A DNA stretch of 55,878 nucleotides. It comes from Microbacteriaceae bacterium. GTDB taxonomy: Bacteria; Actinomycetota; Actinomycetes; Actinomycetales; Microbacteriaceae. Within the stretch, counting starts at the first letter, position 1, and the number at the start of each line of letters is the position of its first letter. The stretch lies in NCBI GenBank assembly GCA_947454285.1, contig CANGJO010000001.1:1-55878 (forward strand), written 5' to 3'. Under the pieces are notes generated by a model, which had not been told where the DNA came from, did no database searches, and saw nothing but the letters and a program-made list of their open reading frames with translations. This document shows positions 12,493 through 23,907 of the stretch, piece by piece. A program made the translations under genes and the position numbers.

Positions 12493-14351
12493 TACTTACC
12501 CTTCTTCTCGCCCTTTTTCTCACTGTCAGAAGACAGAGCGGCGATGAAGGCCTCTTGAGGAACCTCAACGCGGCCCACCATCTTCATGCGCTTCTTACCT
12601 TCTTTTTGCTTCTCAAGAAGTTTGCGCTTACGAGAAATGTCACCACCGTAACACTTGGCCAAAACGTCTTTGCGCATCGCGCGAATTGATTCACGCGCAA
12701 TGATGCGAGCACCGATAGCCGCCTGGATTGGCACTTCAAACTGCTGGCGCGGAATAAGTTCGCGAAGCTTGCCGGTGATCATCACGCCGTATGCGTAGGC
12801 CTTGTCTTTGTGCACGATTGCACTGAAGGCATCTACCTGCTCGCCCTGCAGCAATAGGTCAACCTTTACTAGGTCTCCCTTTTCCAGGCCGGTCTCTTCG
12901 TAGTCAAGCGATGCGTAACCTGCGGTCTTGCTCTTCAGTTGATCAAAGAAGTCAAAAACAATTTCAGCAAGCGGCAAGGTGTAGCGCAACTGGACGCGAT
13001 CTTCACCTAGGTACTGCATGTCGATCATGGTGCCGCGACGCTGCTGGCAAAGTTCCATTACGGTTCCGGTGTAATCCTTTGGCAACAAGATGGTTGCCTT
13101 CACCATCGGCTCAAGGACCTGCTTAATTTTTCCGCCAGGGAATTCGCTTGGATTGGTTACGGTGATTTCTTTACCGTCATCCATAGTTACTTCGTAAACC
13201 ACCGATGGCGCGGTTGCAATTAGATCAAGTCCAAATTCGCGCTCGAGACGCTCGGTAATAATTTCTAGGTGCAATAGACCCAAGAAACCACAACGGAATC
13301 CAAAGCCAAGCGCAACAGAAGTTTCTGGTTCGTAAACCAATGCAGCATCAGACAACTTCAATTTGTCTAAAGCCTCACGAAGAACTGGGTAATCGCTGCC
13401 GTCGATCGGGTAAATTCCCGAGTAAACCATTGGCAATGGTTCCTTGTAACCCTTTAGCGCCTCTGTCGCCGGCTTAGCCTGGTTAGTGATGGTGTCACCA
13501 ACCTTTGACTGACGAACGTCTTTCACACCGGTGATTAGGTAACCCACTTCACCAACACCAAGCCCCTTAGTTGGTTCTGGCTCTGGTGATGAAACACCAA
13601 TCTCAAGAAGTTCGTGCACTGCACGCGTTGACATCATCTGAATTTTTTCGCGCGGGCTTAGATTGCCATCAATCATTCGCACGTAAGTGATTACACCGCG
13701 GTAGCTGTCATATACAGAGTCAAAAATCATTGCGCGAGCCGGAGCGTTTGGGTCACCAACCGGATTCGGCACAGTGGCCACAATCTTGTCGAGAAGTTCG
13801 TCAACGCCAATTCCGGTCTTACCCGAAACGCGCAGGCAATCTTCTGGGTTTCCGCCAATTAGGTTAGCAAGTTCCTCGGCATACTTTTCTGGCTGTGCGG
13901 CCGGAAGGTCAATCTTGTTCAGCACCGGAATGATCTGCAGATCGTTTTCCATTGCCAGGTAAAGGTTGGCTAAAGTTTGAGCTTCAATTCCCTGAGCCGC
14001 GTCAACCAGCAACACCGCTCCCTCACAAGCAGCCAGCGAACGAGAAACTTCGTAAGTGAAGTCCACGTGACCCGGGGTGTCGATCATGTTTAGTGCGTAG
14101 GTCTGACCAGCCACTTCCCAAGGCATGCGAACGGCCTGAGACTTAATGGTGATTCCGCGCTCACGCTCGATATCCATGCGGTCAAGGTACTGGGCGCGCA
14201 TTGATCGGTCGTCAACAACACCGGTTAGCTGCAGCATACGGTCGGCAAGGGTTGACTTACCGTGGTCAATGTGGGCAATGATGCAGAAATTGCGGATTAG
14301 CGCCGGGTCGGTCTTCGCCGGCTCAAGGCGGCGGGTGGCGCGTGGAGACAA
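12492..14351 (-). CDS. lepA: Elongation factor 4
   Basis: [40 protein letters not shown]. Confidence 0.98.
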   Translation of the reverse strand: MSPRATRRLEPAKTDPALIRNFCIIAHIDHGKSTLADRMLQLTGVVDDRSMRAQYLDRMDIERERGITIKSQAVRMPWEVAGQTYALNMIDTPGHVDFTYEVSRSLAACEGAVLLVDAAQGIEAQTLANLYLAMENDLQIIPVLNKIDLPAAQPEKYAEELANLIGGNPEDCLRVSGKTGIGVDELLDKIVATVPNPVGDPNAPARAMIFDSVYDSYRGVITYVRMIDGNLSPREKIQMMSTRAVHELLEIGVSSPEPEPTKGLGVGEVGYLITGVKDVRQSKVGDTITNQAKPATEALKGYKEPLPMVYSGIYPIDGSDYPVLREALDKLKLSDAALVYEPETSVALGFGFRCGFLGLLHLEIITERLEREFGLDLIATAPSVVYEVTMDDGKEITVTNPSEFPGGKIKQVLEPMVKATILLPKDYTGTVMELCQQRRGTMIDMQYLGEDRVQLRYTLPLAEIVFDFFDQLKSKTAGYASLDYEETGLEKGDLVKVDLLLQGEQVDAFSAIVHKDKAYAYGVMITGKLRELIPRQQFEVPIQAAIGARIIARESIRAMRKDVLAKCYGGDISRKRKLLEKQKEGKKRMKMVGRVEVPQEAFIAALSSDSEKKGEKKGK

Positions 14352-14565
14352 GGGATACCTCTGGATTGTTTGAAAGGGACCGTTAGACGGTTCCCCTATT
14401 CTCGCACAGACCCCGATGTACTAGGGCTTTCCAGCCCTGATTGGTTGCCGAATTAGGGCCCAGGCTGGTAGCATTAGGACTCGATACGGATGAGTGTCTC
14501 CATCCAAATCCCAATAAAAACTCTTTTAGTTGCCCCGCGCGGGTGACAACCCAAGAAAGTGAAAC

Positions 14566-14826
14566 ATGGCAAACATCAAGTCACAGATCAAGCGCATTGG
14601 TACCAACCTAAAGGCTACCGAGCGCAACAAGGCTGTAAAGAGCGAGCTAAAGACCGCTATTCGCGCAACTCGCGAAGCAGCAGCTGCCGGAGACAAGGCT
14701 GCAGCAGCAACCGCACTTGCACTAGCTGGTAAGAAGCTAGACAAGGCAGTTTCAAAGGGCGTAATTCACAAGAACCAGGCTGCTAACCGCAAGTCAGCTC
14801 TTGCTAAGAAGGTTGCATCTCTATAA
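14566..14826 (+). CDS. rpsT: 30S ribosomal protein S20
   Basis: [10 protein letters not shown]...[14 protein letters not shown]. Confidence 0.98.
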   Translation: MANIKSQIKRIGTNLKATERNKAVKSELKTAIRATREAAAAGDKAAAATALALAGKKLDKAVSKGVIHKNQAANRKSALAKKVASL

Positions 14827-14874
14827 CAGGCGCGAAACCATAAAGGTTTCTGCTACGTAAACCCCAGCTTCAAG

Positions 14875-14906
14875 AATCCCTCGGTCTTTTGACCGGGGGA
14901 TTTTTA
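14875..14906 (+). terminator. Intrinsic terminator after rpsT, possibly bidirectional
   Basis: AATCCCTCGGTC-TTTT-GACCGGGGGATT followed by a T run. Confidence 0.8.
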
Positions 14907-16097
14907 TTTGGCTGGAATTATGCCTGGTCGGCCGGCATAGAAACCGATTCCACTTTGAATCAGAGTCAGAGTGGTGATGATTGCAAAGCTCAGTGCAAAT
15001 GAACCAACCAGGTTGGCAACAAAGCCAACCATGAAGCTGCCGGTGGCAGCCAACAGGTATCCCCAACCCTGCGACATAGCTGATAGCTGAGTGGTCTGCG
15101 CCGAGGTTGATGCGCGTGAACTGATTAGCGAAAGCGAAATCGGGAAAGTTGCCGACATACCCAGACCAATTAATACGCAACCAGGAATCAGTAACGCGGT
15201 GTCGTGGGACTGCAGAACCAATGTGAAAACGATATTTCCAAGCAGTGTCATGGCACTGGTGCCGGCTGCCCACCAAGAAAGTGATTTGAATCGGCCAAGC
15301 AAAGAAGAAATCACCAGACCGCTTGGAATTCCAATCGCGCTGGCAAAACCAAGATAGTTTCCGGCGTCCTGCGGCGAGACACCAATTGAAGTGAGTGCCG
15401 ATGGCATCCAACCCAGCAGCGCATAAAAACCAAGCGACTGAATTCCAAAGAAGCCAACAATCGCCCAAGAAATTGGTGAGCGCATCACCGCGGCCTTTTC
15501 TTCGGCGGCAGCGTGCGCCGGTTGCGCAACGTGGGCCTCTTGTCCGCGAATCTGTGGCAACCACAACAGGATTGCGATTACCGCAGGAAGAATCCAAATT
15601 GCCAACGCCGGATTCCAACCACCAAACAAATTACTGGTTGGCACCGCAATGGATGCGGCCAAACTCGCCGAAACCGCAAGCAGCGTTGTGTACGCACCGG
15701 TGACCAGCGCAACGCGTTTCGGAAATTGAATTCGAACCACGGTTGGCAACAGAACGTTGGCAATCGCAATAGAAAGACCAGCACCGATAGTTCCGATTAG
15801 CAAACCTGGATAGCCAAGGATCATGCGCAGTGCAGATGAGGCAGCAAGAATCATCAAGACGTAAAGCATGGCGTGATTCACGCCCACTTTGCTAACCAAC
15901 CAAGGACTAGCAAAAGCACCCAGCCCAAAGCACAACACTGGTGCCGCGGCAAGCAGACCAATTAGCTCAGCACCAACACCAAGGCTGCTTTGAATTTCCT
16001 GCAGCAAAGGTCCCATTGAGGCAACCGGTGGGCGCAGCACGATTGCAATAAATACCACCGCAAGAAAACCGGTGACGCCAAACCTACGGGTACTCAC
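14904..16097 (-). CDS. MFS transporter, CynX/YeaN-like
   Basis: About 12 TM segments; LRPPVASMGPLL, NVLLP, SAMSQGWGYLLAA. Confidence 0.88.
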   Translation of the reverse strand: MSTRRFGVTGFLAVVFIAIVLRPPVASMGPLLQEIQSSLGVGAELIGLLAAAPVLCFGLGAFASPWLVSKVGVNHAMLYVLMILAASSALRMILGYPGLLIGTIGAGLSIAIANVLLPTVVRIQFPKRVALVTGAYTTLLAVSASLAASIAVPTSNLFGGWNPALAIWILPAVIAILLWLPQIRGQEAHVAQPAHAAAEEKAAVMRSPISWAIVGFFGIQSLGFYALLGWMPSALTSIGVSPQDAGNYLGFASAIGIPSGLVISSLLGRFKSLSWWAAGTSAMTLLGNIVFTLVLQSHDTALLIPGCVLIGLGMSATFPISLSLISSRASTSAQTTQLSAMSQGWGYLLAATGSFMVGFVANLVGSFALSFAIITTLTLIQSGIGFYAGRPGIIPAK

Positions 16098-17080
16098 TAA
16101 GCCTGAATTCCCTTGTGTGAAATTAGATTTACCAATTTCTCTAACGAATAAACCGGGTCGCGTTCTGCACCCTTAGCCGCTGCATCGGCTGTGGCCAGTG
16201 CCTGAATGGTTGCGGCCAAACCATCATCGCTCCAGCCGGCTAAATCCTTACGTGCGCGATCAAGCTGCCAAGGCGCCATACCTAAAGTGGCTGCACTTGC
16301 CGAGCGATTGCCGTAAATCTTGGCCATCTGACGGATCTTCATCGAGATTGCCGCAACTAGTGGGACTGGATCGGCACCGGTTGCTAGAGCGTGGCGTAAA
16401 AGCGCCATTGCTTCACCTGATCGGCCAGCCAGCGCAGCATCGGCAACCTTGAAAGCGTTTGTCTCAACTCGGCCACCGTAATAGCGGTCAACAATTTCCT
16501 CAGTGATTGATTCGGCGCTGTCTAGCAATAACTGGTTGCAGGCAGCGGCAAGTTCGGCGGTGTCGTCGGCAAATGCATCTAGTAGTGCGCGAACTGCACC
16601 CGGTGCAATTTTGCGACCGGCGTGAGAGAACTCCCCCATAACAAACGACTGGCGATCGGCATCCTTTTTGATATCGGCACAGGCAATCTCGGCGGCAATA
16701 TCGGTTGCGCGAATCGCCTCAACCAGTTTCTTGCCACGCACACTTGAACCGTTGTGACGCAGAATCACGGTGGTGTCATCGGTTGGGTTAGTTAGATAGT
16801 CAATGCCATCGGTGATCAGGTCATCGCTGCACTTCTCTAGACCGCGAATGATCACCAATCTAGGTTCGGCAAAAAGTGAAGGACTGGTGATGTTGGTGAG
16901 TGTGCCGGCGGTGTAGTCGGCGGCCTCTAGTTCGTGTACCTCAAGCGCAGCGTCAAGCTTGCGCAGTTGTTCGCGAATCTCGCGAATTGCGCGGCCAGCC
17001 AGGTATTCCTCGGGGCCAGAAACAAAGACGATAGGCGCAGGTGACGCCTTGCGCCAATCCATTGCCTTTGCCGTACTCAC
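16097..17080 (-). CDS. holA: DNA polymerase III delta subunit
   Basis: GPEEYLA, SPSLFAEPR, GMAPWQ; canonical comEA-comEC-holA/rpsT context. Confidence 0.92.
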   Translation of the reverse strand: MSTAKAMDWRKASPAPIVFVSGPEEYLAGRAIREIREQLRKLDAALEVHELEAADYTAGTLTNITSPSLFAEPRLVIIRGLEKCSDDLITDGIDYLTNPTDDTTVILRHNGSSVRGKKLVEAIRATDIAAEIACADIKKDADRQSFVMGEFSHAGRKIAPGAVRALLDAFADDTAELAAACNQLLLDSAESITEEIVDRYYGGRVETNAFKVADAALAGRSGEAMALLRHALATGADPVPLVAAISMKIRQMAKIYGNRSASAATLGMAPWQLDRARKDLAGWSDDGLAATIQALATADAAAKGAERDPVYSLEKLVNLISHKGIQA

Positions 17081-17089
17081 CAGACCAGC

Positions 17090-19297
17090 CTAATCACCAG
17101 GAGCATTAGCCGTGACTAAGCCACCGCCCCTGCTGGCCACGGCAATCGAGCCAAGCTCATCGGTGCGTTCAATCTTGCTGCCGGTGCCCTGAAGTATCCC
17201 CAGGGTTTTCAAAGTGGGGTGGCCGTAGCTGTTGTTCTTGCCAACCGATATGAGGCTGATGTCCGGCATGAGGGTCTGAATCAATTCACCAAACTGATCG
17301 GCGGACCCGTGATGGGAGACTTTCAGAATTAGTGGCTTGGTTTGCAGTGCTGGGTCTTGCCACCATCTATCTTGACTGGCAATTCGCCGTTGCCCCTTCT
17401 CGCCCAAGTCGGCCATGGTCAGCAGATTGAACTCTGCCGTCTGCCACAACATGGCGATGCTGGCATCGTTTGAGTTTTCGGCGCCGGCGGCGTTGCGATT
17501 TGGATTAAGGACCTGCCACTGACATTCGCCAAGGTTTCCAGTCACGCCACGCTCAACCGCCAAGATTTTGATTCCCGCGTTTGCCAACGTCAAATTGGTT
17601 CCGGTTGCTCCCCAGCGCTCGTCTTTGAACGGGCTTACCAACGCAATACCAACCTGCCGGCCAGCTATTGCACCAGACAACCCGCCAATGTGATCCATGT
17701 CAAAGTGCGTAAGGACCAGCAGGTCAATTCGCTTCACATCAAGTCTTTGCAAACACTGATTCACCGGACGATTCTCACGACCCACATCCACCAGAGCAAT
17801 CTTGCCAGCTGACCTAATCACAAGCGCATCACCCTGCCCAACATCACAGGCAACTACCTGCCAATCACGCAGCGGCCAGTTTGCACTTTGCACCAAATTG
17901 AACCCGATAGACCCAACGCTAAAAGCCGCAATCAATGCCAAGGTCGTAAGGCCCAAGTTTCGCAGTCTGGTTGGCTCCGCCTTAAACCACAGCAGAAACG
18001 CGATCACCAGGCTTATAGCCAGCGCGGCACCCGCCACACCGGTTGGCCAACCAAGTGTGACGTTTTGTTGACTGGCAAAGTAGTTTGCAATCTGGGCAAT
18101 TAGCCAGGTGGCCTCAGACGCCAAGTAAGTGAGACACCAAGCCGCAGGTGGAAACAACCAGGCTATCAAGCAAGCGCAGATTCCCAACACCGTGACCGGC
18201 GCAACCAGTGGCTCGGCCAAAACGTTTGCCGGTAGCGCATAGGTGGCAATCCCGGATTGCAGCTGCAATAGAATCGGCAGGCACAGAATCTGCGCGGATA
18301 GCGAGACGGCTACCGCAATCGCCAGCCAGCCCGGTAGATGCCGTTGCAATCGCGCTGTGATTGGTTGCGTCAGGACCAACAACCCGGCAGTTGCCGCAAC
18401 CGATAGCGCGAAACCAAAATCAATGCTCAACCACGGATCGGCAATCAATAGAACAATCACACTCAGCGCAAGCGCGCTCATTGGCGCAGTCTTTCGGCCC
18501 AGCGAGACCCCAATCAAAACGCTAGCGGCCATTACTGCTGCGCGAAGCACACTTGGCTGTGCACCAACCATTTGAACGTAGCCAATCAGCACTGCAAGAC
18601 CAACGCCAAGACGCCACCAACGACCACCGCCCAACCTTCGCACCAGCAAATAGAACATGGCCAAAACGATTGCGCAGTTGGCACCGGAAACCGCAGTCAG
18701 GTGAGTCAGCGAAACCAACTTCATCTGATCCAACAAACTTTGACTAAGCATCGCAACATCGCCAATCGCCAGCCCAGCAACTAGACCGGCGGAATTAGTA
18801 TCTACGCCTCGCAAGTTCTTCATGAACGCAGCGCGAAGCCCTGTGACTAATGAATTTTTCTTAGCCGCAGCAACAATTTGAATTGGAGAATCGTTGCATC
18901 GCCCCTTGAATCCCGCGCGCTCCCCTGCGGCGGTTGGACTTAGCGACATCAAACATCCATACCTAGCGCCCCGCTGCAGATCCCTAAGTTGCGAATCTCC
19001 GAGCAGTAATCCATTTGCCGAAAGGCGGATCTGCTGCCCGCCCGGTGTCGCAGAAAAGATCTTTATGGTTGACGAGTAATTGTGGCTTTGCGAAAACTTC
19101 TTTGGTTCATCAAGCAACTCAAAAGCGATCTCAACTTTTTGAAAACCCTGTACCGCCGCTTGTAGCTGCTGGGGTCTGGATGCCCAATGCTGCACGGCAA
19201 ACGAAAATAATCCCAGCACCAGCGAGCTAACTAGCAGCAGAGAAGTTCTTTTCAAGAAATACCCAAAAAGAAAATCAACATAGCGAACGTGAGCCAA
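17090..19297 (-). CDS. comEC: ComEC/Rec2 competence DNA-uptake channel (true start uncertain, possible 5' frameshift)
   Basis: HLTAVSGAN, PSVLRA, DVGQGDA, THFDMDHIGG, KVSHHGS, NSYGHP. Confidence 0.9.
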   Translation of the reverse strand: MAHVRYVDFLFGYFLKRTSLLLVSSLVLGLFSFAVQHWASRPQQLQAAVQGFQKVEIAFELLDEPKKFSQSHNYSSTIKIFSATPGGQQIRLSANGLLLGDSQLRDLQRGARYGCLMSLSPTAAGERAGFKGRCNDSPIQIVAAAKKNSLVTGLRAAFMKNLRGVDTNSAGLVAGLAIGDVAMLSQSLLDQMKLVSLTHLTAVSGANCAIVLAMFYLLVRRLGGGRWWRLGVGLAVLIGYVQMVGAQPSVLRAAVMAASVLIGVSLGRKTAPMSALALSVIVLLIADPWLSIDFGFALSVAATAGLLVLTQPITARLQRHLPGWLAIAVAVSLSAQILCLPILLQLQSGIATYALPANVLAEPLVAPVTVLGICACLIAWLFPPAAWCLTYLASEATWLIAQIANYFASQQNVTLGWPTGVAGAALAISLVIAFLLWFKAEPTRLRNLGLTTLALIAAFSVGSIGFNLVQSANWPLRDWQVVACDVGQGDALVIRSAGKIALVDVGRENRPVNQCLQRLDVKRIDLLVLTHFDMDHIGGLSGAIAGRQVGIALVSPFKDERWGATGTNLTLANAGIKILAVERGVTGNLGECQWQVLNPNRNAAGAENSNDASIAMLWQTAEFNLLTMADLGEKGQRRIASQDRWWQDPALQTKPLILKVSHHGSADQFGELIQTLMPDISLISVGKNNSYGHPTLKTLGILQGTGSKIERTDELGSIAVASRGGGLVTANAPGD

Positions 19298-19326
19298 AGA
19301 GTTGAGGCAGCCAACCAGGATCTCAC
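19252..19326 (-). CDS. 24-aa hydrophobic ORF MRSWLAASTLWLTFAMLIFFLGIS, probably the out-of-frame N-terminus of ComEC
   Basis: Its GTG overlaps the comEA stop (GTGA). Its TGA overlaps an in-frame comEC TTG (TTGA). Confidence 0.5.
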   Translation of the reverse strand: MRSWLAASTLWLTFAMLIFFLGIS

Positions 19327-19937
19327 AGCGTCACCTGATTCTTGATTCCGGCAAACAGTTTGTCGCCTATGCCACTTACGTTGAGCAGGTCTTCCTTCTT
19401 TTTGAAACCGCCGTTTGCCGTTCGCCAATCAATCATTCGGCCAGCCAGTGCGGGACCAACTCCGGGCAGGGCCTCCAGTTCCGACTGCGTTGCCCGATTC
19501 AAACTTATTTGTGCCGCACCGGCACTTCCGCCCGATGCCGCACCAATTAGCTGCGGGGCCGCACCAACCTTGAAAACCACAACCTGCTCGCCATCGGTGA
19601 CCTCGCGCGCAAGATTGACACTCGCCTGATCAGCATGGTGGGTAAATCCACCGGCCGCAAAAATTACATCCACTAACCGGGCACCGGAATCAAGTTCGTA
19701 GATTCCGGGCGAATTCACCTCACCAACCACATGAACATAGATGCTGGCCGGCTTGACGATTGGTTGGTCACTGGGCATCACCGCATTCACGGTTTGCTGT
19801 TCGCTGCCGCCAGTTGAAATGCCATTAATCAGAAAGACAGCAGTGGCGACTACCCCGCCAACCACAAGAAGCAAATTCTTGTTGATTGGTTGTTTTCCAC
19901 CGATAGCCTCGGCGATTTTTAGTTTTAGCCAGTCCAC
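19323..19937 (-). CDS. comEA: ComEA DNA-binding protein
   Basis: TM segment, SLBB domain (VHVVGEVNSPG), HhH domain (LPGVGP...VSGIG). Confidence 0.94.
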   Translation of the reverse strand: MDWLKLKIAEAIGGKQPINKNLLLVVGGVVATAVFLINGISTGGSEQQTVNAVMPSDQPIVKPASIYVHVVGEVNSPGIYELDSGARLVDVIFAAGGFTHHADQASVNLAREVTDGEQVVVFKVGAAPQLIGAASGGSAGAAQISLNRATQSELEALPGVGPALAGRMIDWRTANGGFKKKEDLLNVSGIGDKLFAGIKNQVTL

Positions 19938-19996
19938 CGCTCAAAACTAAAACGCCCCGCAGATTCGCGAGGCGTTCAGTTCAATTCTGTGGAGAA

Positions 19997-22477
19997 CTAC
20001 TTGGTAGCAATATTTACGAGCTTCGGCGCACGCACAATCGTGTTGGCGATTGACTTGTCACCGATCGCGCGCTTCACGGCATCGGATTTCAATGCCAGCT
20101 CACGCAGAGCATCTTCAGTGATGTCTACCGGAACCTCAAACTTGTCGCGCAGCTTGCCATCAACCTGAACCACGGCAATCACACTGCTCTCAACCAACAA
20201 TGAAAGATCGGCATCTGGCAACTGGGCTAGCGCAACGCCAGGCTCATGGCCGAGCTTCTGCCACATGTCTTCTGCTGTGTAAGGAGCAAATAGTGAAAGT
20301 GCCTTAGCCACGGTCTCGGCTGCCTCGCGAACGGCAGGGTCGCTGGCACCGGCCTCGCCGTCGATTGCCTTGCGCAACGCGTTAACCAATTCCATTATCT
20401 TTGCCACACCAACGTTGAACTTGAAGCCCTCAATCAGTGGACCAAAATCGCGAAGGAAGGTGTGGGTCGCCTTGCGCAGCTCCTTGTTGCCAGTCGAGGC
20501 ATCGGTGTTTACCGCACTGGTCACATCGTTAGCCGCGCGCCATGCACGAGCCAAGAATTTTGCCGAACCAGATGGCGAAACATCGGCCCAGTCAATATCT
20601 TCTTCCGGCGGACCGGCGAACGACATGGTCAGACGAACAGCATCAACACCGTGAGTATCAAGCTGCTCGCTAAGCGCCACAATGTTGCCGCGCGACTTAG
20701 ACATTGCGCTACCGCTCATCAAAACCATTCCCTGGTTCAACAAGCGAGTAAATGGCTCTTGGAAATCAATGAAGTCAAGGTCGTGTAGCACCTTGGTCAC
20801 AAAGCGCGCATATAGAAGGTGCAGAATCGCGTGAGTTACACCACCAACGTATTGATCAACCGGCGCCCAATCCTTAGCGGCCTGCTTAGGGAATGCCTCG
20901 GTCGTAGAGTTTGGTGATAGGAATCGCAAGAAGTACCAAGACGAGTCCACAAAGGTGTCCATGGTGTCTGTGTCACGCTTTGCCGGCTGGCCACACTTAG
21001 GGCACGAAACGTTAACCCAATCCTCGGCACCACCAAGTGGCGATGTGCCCTTTGGCTTTAGGTCTAAGCCCTCTGCTGATGGAAGTTCAACCGGAAGCTG
21101 ATCTTGCGGAACCGGTACCTCGCCACAAGTGTCGCAGTGCACGATAGGAATTGGAGTTCCCCAGTAGCGCTGACGCGAAATCAACCAGTCGCGCAAACGG
21201 AAGTTCTTTGTCTTCTTTCCCTTGCCGTCTGCCTCAAGAATCGAAATCATCTTTTCGATGGCGTCTTTTTTAGCTAGACCATTTAGTGCACCGGAATTAA
21301 CCATGGTGCCTTCACCAACGGTTGCGGTGCCAGAAACATTTGGATCTTCTTCGCCGGTATCAACCACAACACGAATTGGCAGACCAAGTGCCTTAGCAAA
21401 ATCAAAGTCGCGCTGGTCGTGCGCCGGAACCGCCATGATTGCACCGTGACCGTAATCGGCAAGCACGTAGTCAGAAACTAAAATCGGAATTCGTTCGCCA
21501 TTAACCGGATTGATTGCAAAGCGGCCAAGGTTCACACCGGTCTTAGGTCGATCGGTTGCCAAACGCTCAATGTCGTTTGACTGCTTAACCATGTCTAGGT
21601 ATTCAGCAAAATTCTGCTCAGTTGCGGCATCGGTGTTGGCGGCAAGCTCGGCAGCAAGTGCGCTATCGGCGGCAACCACCATGAAGGTTGCACCGAACAA
21701 AGTGTCAGGGCGGGTGGTGAAAACTGTTACCGGTTCATCGCGGCCTTCGATTTCAAACTGCACGTCGGCACCGTACGAACGACCAATCCAGTTGCGCTGC
21801 ATCGAAAGAACTTTTGAAGGCCAGTTACCCTCAAGTGTGTCTAGATCATCAAGTAGGCGGTCGGCGTAATCGGTGACCTTGAAGTACCACTGAGTCAGCG
21901 CCTTCTTGGTGACCACGCTGTCGCAACGCTCACAAAGCCCTTGAACAACCTGCTCGTTTGCCAAAACTGTCTGGCAACTTGGACACCAGTTAACGTTGGA
22001 ATTCTTGCGGTAGGCCAGACCCTTGTTGTAGAACTCCAGGAACAGCCACTGGTTCCAGCGATAGTAAATCGGGTCCGAGGTAATCAGAACGCGGTCCCAG
22101 TCAAAAGAACATGCGTAGCGGCGCATCGATGCGCGCTGTTGAGCAATGTTGTCGTAGGTCCAACCCTTTGGGTCAAGTCCGCGTTTGATGGCAGCATTTT
22201 CGGCTGGCAGGCCAAATGAGTCCCAGCCAATCGGGTGCATGACGTTGAAACCCTTTTGCACCCAGTAGCGAGAGATTACGTCGCCAAGTGCGTAGGCCTC
22301 GGCGTGACCCATGTGCAGATCGCCCGATGGATACGGGAACATGTCGAGCACATACTTCTTAGGGCGGTTGTCACCCTCATTTCCAGACGCAAACGGACGT
22401 AGGTCATCCCAAATCGGGAGCCACTTGTCTTGAATGGCGAATACGTCGTACTCGGCCTCGTTTGTTGCGTCAGTCAT
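19997..22477 (-). CDS. leuS: Leucine--tRNA ligase
   Basis: [38 protein letters not shown] at 22477 follows TAACCT plus 7 nt. Confidence 0.97.
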   Translation of the reverse strand: MTDATNEAEYDVFAIQDKWLPIWDDLRPFASGNEGDNRPKKYVLDMFPYPSGDLHMGHAEAYALGDVISRYWVQKGFNVMHPIGWDSFGLPAENAAIKRGLDPKGWTYDNIAQQRASMRRYACSFDWDRVLITSDPIYYRWNQWLFLEFYNKGLAYRKNSNVNWCPSCQTVLANEQVVQGLCERCDSVVTKKALTQWYFKVTDYADRLLDDLDTLEGNWPSKVLSMQRNWIGRSYGADVQFEIEGRDEPVTVFTTRPDTLFGATFMVVAADSALAAELAANTDAATEQNFAEYLDMVKQSNDIERLATDRPKTGVNLGRFAINPVNGERIPILVSDYVLADYGHGAIMAVPAHDQRDFDFAKALGLPIRVVVDTGEEDPNVSGTATVGEGTMVNSGALNGLAKKDAIEKMISILEADGKGKKTKNFRLRDWLISRQRYWGTPIPIVHCDTCGEVPVPQDQLPVELPSAEGLDLKPKGTSPLGGAEDWVNVSCPKCGQPAKRDTDTMDTFVDSSWYFLRFLSPNSTTEAFPKQAAKDWAPVDQYVGGVTHAILHLLYARFVTKVLHDLDFIDFQEPFTRLLNQGMVLMSGSAMSKSRGNIVALSEQLDTHGVDAVRLTMSFAGPPEEDIDWADVSPSGSAKFLARAWRAANDVTSAVNTDASTGNKELRKATHTFLRDFGPLIEGFKFNVGVAKIMELVNALRKAIDGEAGASDPAVREAAETVAKALSLFAPYTAEDMWQKLGHEPGVALAQLPDADLSLLVESSVIAVVQVDGKLRDKFEVPVDITEDALRELALKSDAVKRAIGDKSIANTIVRAPKLVNIATK

Positions 22478-22514
22478 TCTTACAAGGTTACCAATTGATG
22501 GCTCGCTGGCGACA

Positions 22515-23807
22515 CTAAGCCCATGGGTCAGGCGCGTTAAGCACCCGCAGTAAGGCCTTGGCCTTGAGTTTGGTCTCTTCAAGTTCGGCAATCGGGTCTG
22601 AATCGCTGGTAATCCCCCCACCAACACCGATATACGCCTGCGCACCTTCGAACACGATGCTGCGAATGGTCATGCCGAAATCTGCCGAACCGTTGAAACC
22701 AAAGAAGCCAACCGCGCCGGAATAGACCCCGCGTGGGCCTCGTTCAAGTTCGCCAATGATCTGCATTGCCCTCAGTTTTGGAGCACCGGTCATCGAGCCC
22801 CCAGGGAACGCAGCTTCGAACGCGTCACTCGCGGTTTTTCCTTGAGCCAACTGGCCCTCTACAGTGCTGACTAATTGATGCACGGTGGCATAGCTCTCAA
22901 TCTCGAAAAGCTTGCTGACTCGCACCGAATCGGCCTGGGCTACCCGGCCAATGTCGTTTCGCATTAGGTCAACAATCATTAGATTCTCTGCACGCTCTTT
23001 TTCGTTTGCCTGAAGCTCACTAGCCAGGGCCTCGTCTTCGGCGGCATCGGCGCCACGTGGCCTGGTTCCTTTAATTGGTTTGGTGCTGACCAATCCAGCT
23101 GGTGAAACCTGAATCAGTTGCTCCGGAGAACTGCAAACCAAAGTTGACTCGCCCACGCGAATGAATGCGGCGTAGGGTGCGGGATTGGTCTCGCGCAGTT
23201 GCAGATACACATAGAGCGGATCGGCCGCATGAGCGATTTCGATTCGGTTGGTGAGGCAGATTTGATAAACATCACCGGCCGCAATGTGCTGTTGCGCACG
23301 CGCAATCATTGAAAGGTAGTCGTTAGCGCCGTGGCGCAGGCTGGCAGTTGCCGAGACAGCGCCATTTGAACCAGAAGTTGCCGCAGCATTTAATCGGTAG
23401 GCGGCCAGTTCACCGCCGATTAATCCCAGCCGCAGAAATGCCGCGTTGCACCAGTGCTGAAAATCTTCGCCGGTTTCAAAAAGACCAATCAGATACATCT
23501 TGCGGTTGGCGTGGTCAAAAACCATGGCACGATCAACATTTAAGAATCGTGGAGTTCCCTCGTACTCGTAAAAACCAACTAGACCCGGTCGCCAATCAAA
23601 CGGTAAATCCAGGTCTTCGTGCTGATCGTCTAGTAAATCTGCAATCGGTGAATTTTCGGCTGGAAGTCCAGCGCCAATTACCGATATCGGTGTTGCTTGA
23701 TTGAATTCGCGATCCAGCCAAAATGCATTTGGCGAGCCAGCGAAAAATTGAAGAAACGCATTTGCCGGCGGCACCCAACCCCGCAGTGGCAGGCTGAAAA
23801 GTTGCAT
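22515..23807 (-). CDS. pabB: Aminodeoxychorismate synthase component I (chorismate-binding family)
   Basis: [42 protein letters not shown] at 23807 follows GAAAGG; the ORF is open to 23816. Confidence 0.85.
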   Translation of the reverse strand: MQLFSLPLRGWVPPANAFLQFFAGSPNAFWLDREFNQATPISVIGAGLPAENSPIADLLDDQHEDLDLPFDWRPGLVGFYEYEGTPRFLNVDRAMVFDHANRKMYLIGLFETGEDFQHWCNAAFLRLGLIGGELAAYRLNAAATSGSNGAVSATASLRHGANDYLSMIARAQQHIAAGDVYQICLTNRIEIAHAADPLYVYLQLRETNPAPYAAFIRVGESTLVCSSPEQLIQVSPAGLVSTKPIKGTRPRGADAAEDEALASELQANEKERAENLMIVDLMRNDIGRVAQADSVRVSKLFEIESYATVHQLVSTVEGQLAQGKTASDAFEAAFPGGSMTGAPKLRAMQIIGELERGPRGVYSGAVGFFGFNGSADFGMTIRSIVFEGAQAYIGVGGGITSDSDPIAELEETKLKAKALLRVLNAPDPWA

Positions 23808-23907
23808 GCGGGGCACCTTTCGAGCACTGGTTGGTTTATGGGTGGATAGATTCTTAATCTAGATTAGAGGCAACCGGTTCAATTACAGGCTCGAAAGGTG
23901 GTGGGTT

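Noticed and set aside
14470-14565. Structured rpsT leader as a novel ribosomal-protein leader
   Set aside because: Only two short hairpins are visible, which cannot be supported without comparative data
14821-15618. 265-aa alternative-frame ORF overlapping the MFS gene
   Set aside because: No recognisable motifs, atypical Cys/Trp/Arg-rich composition, it runs through a terminator, and the MFS frame is intact
22478-22645. N-terminal extension of leuS in the ORF track
   Set aside because: It overlaps pabB, and ATG 22477 has a leaderless -10 and a normal LeuRS N-terminus
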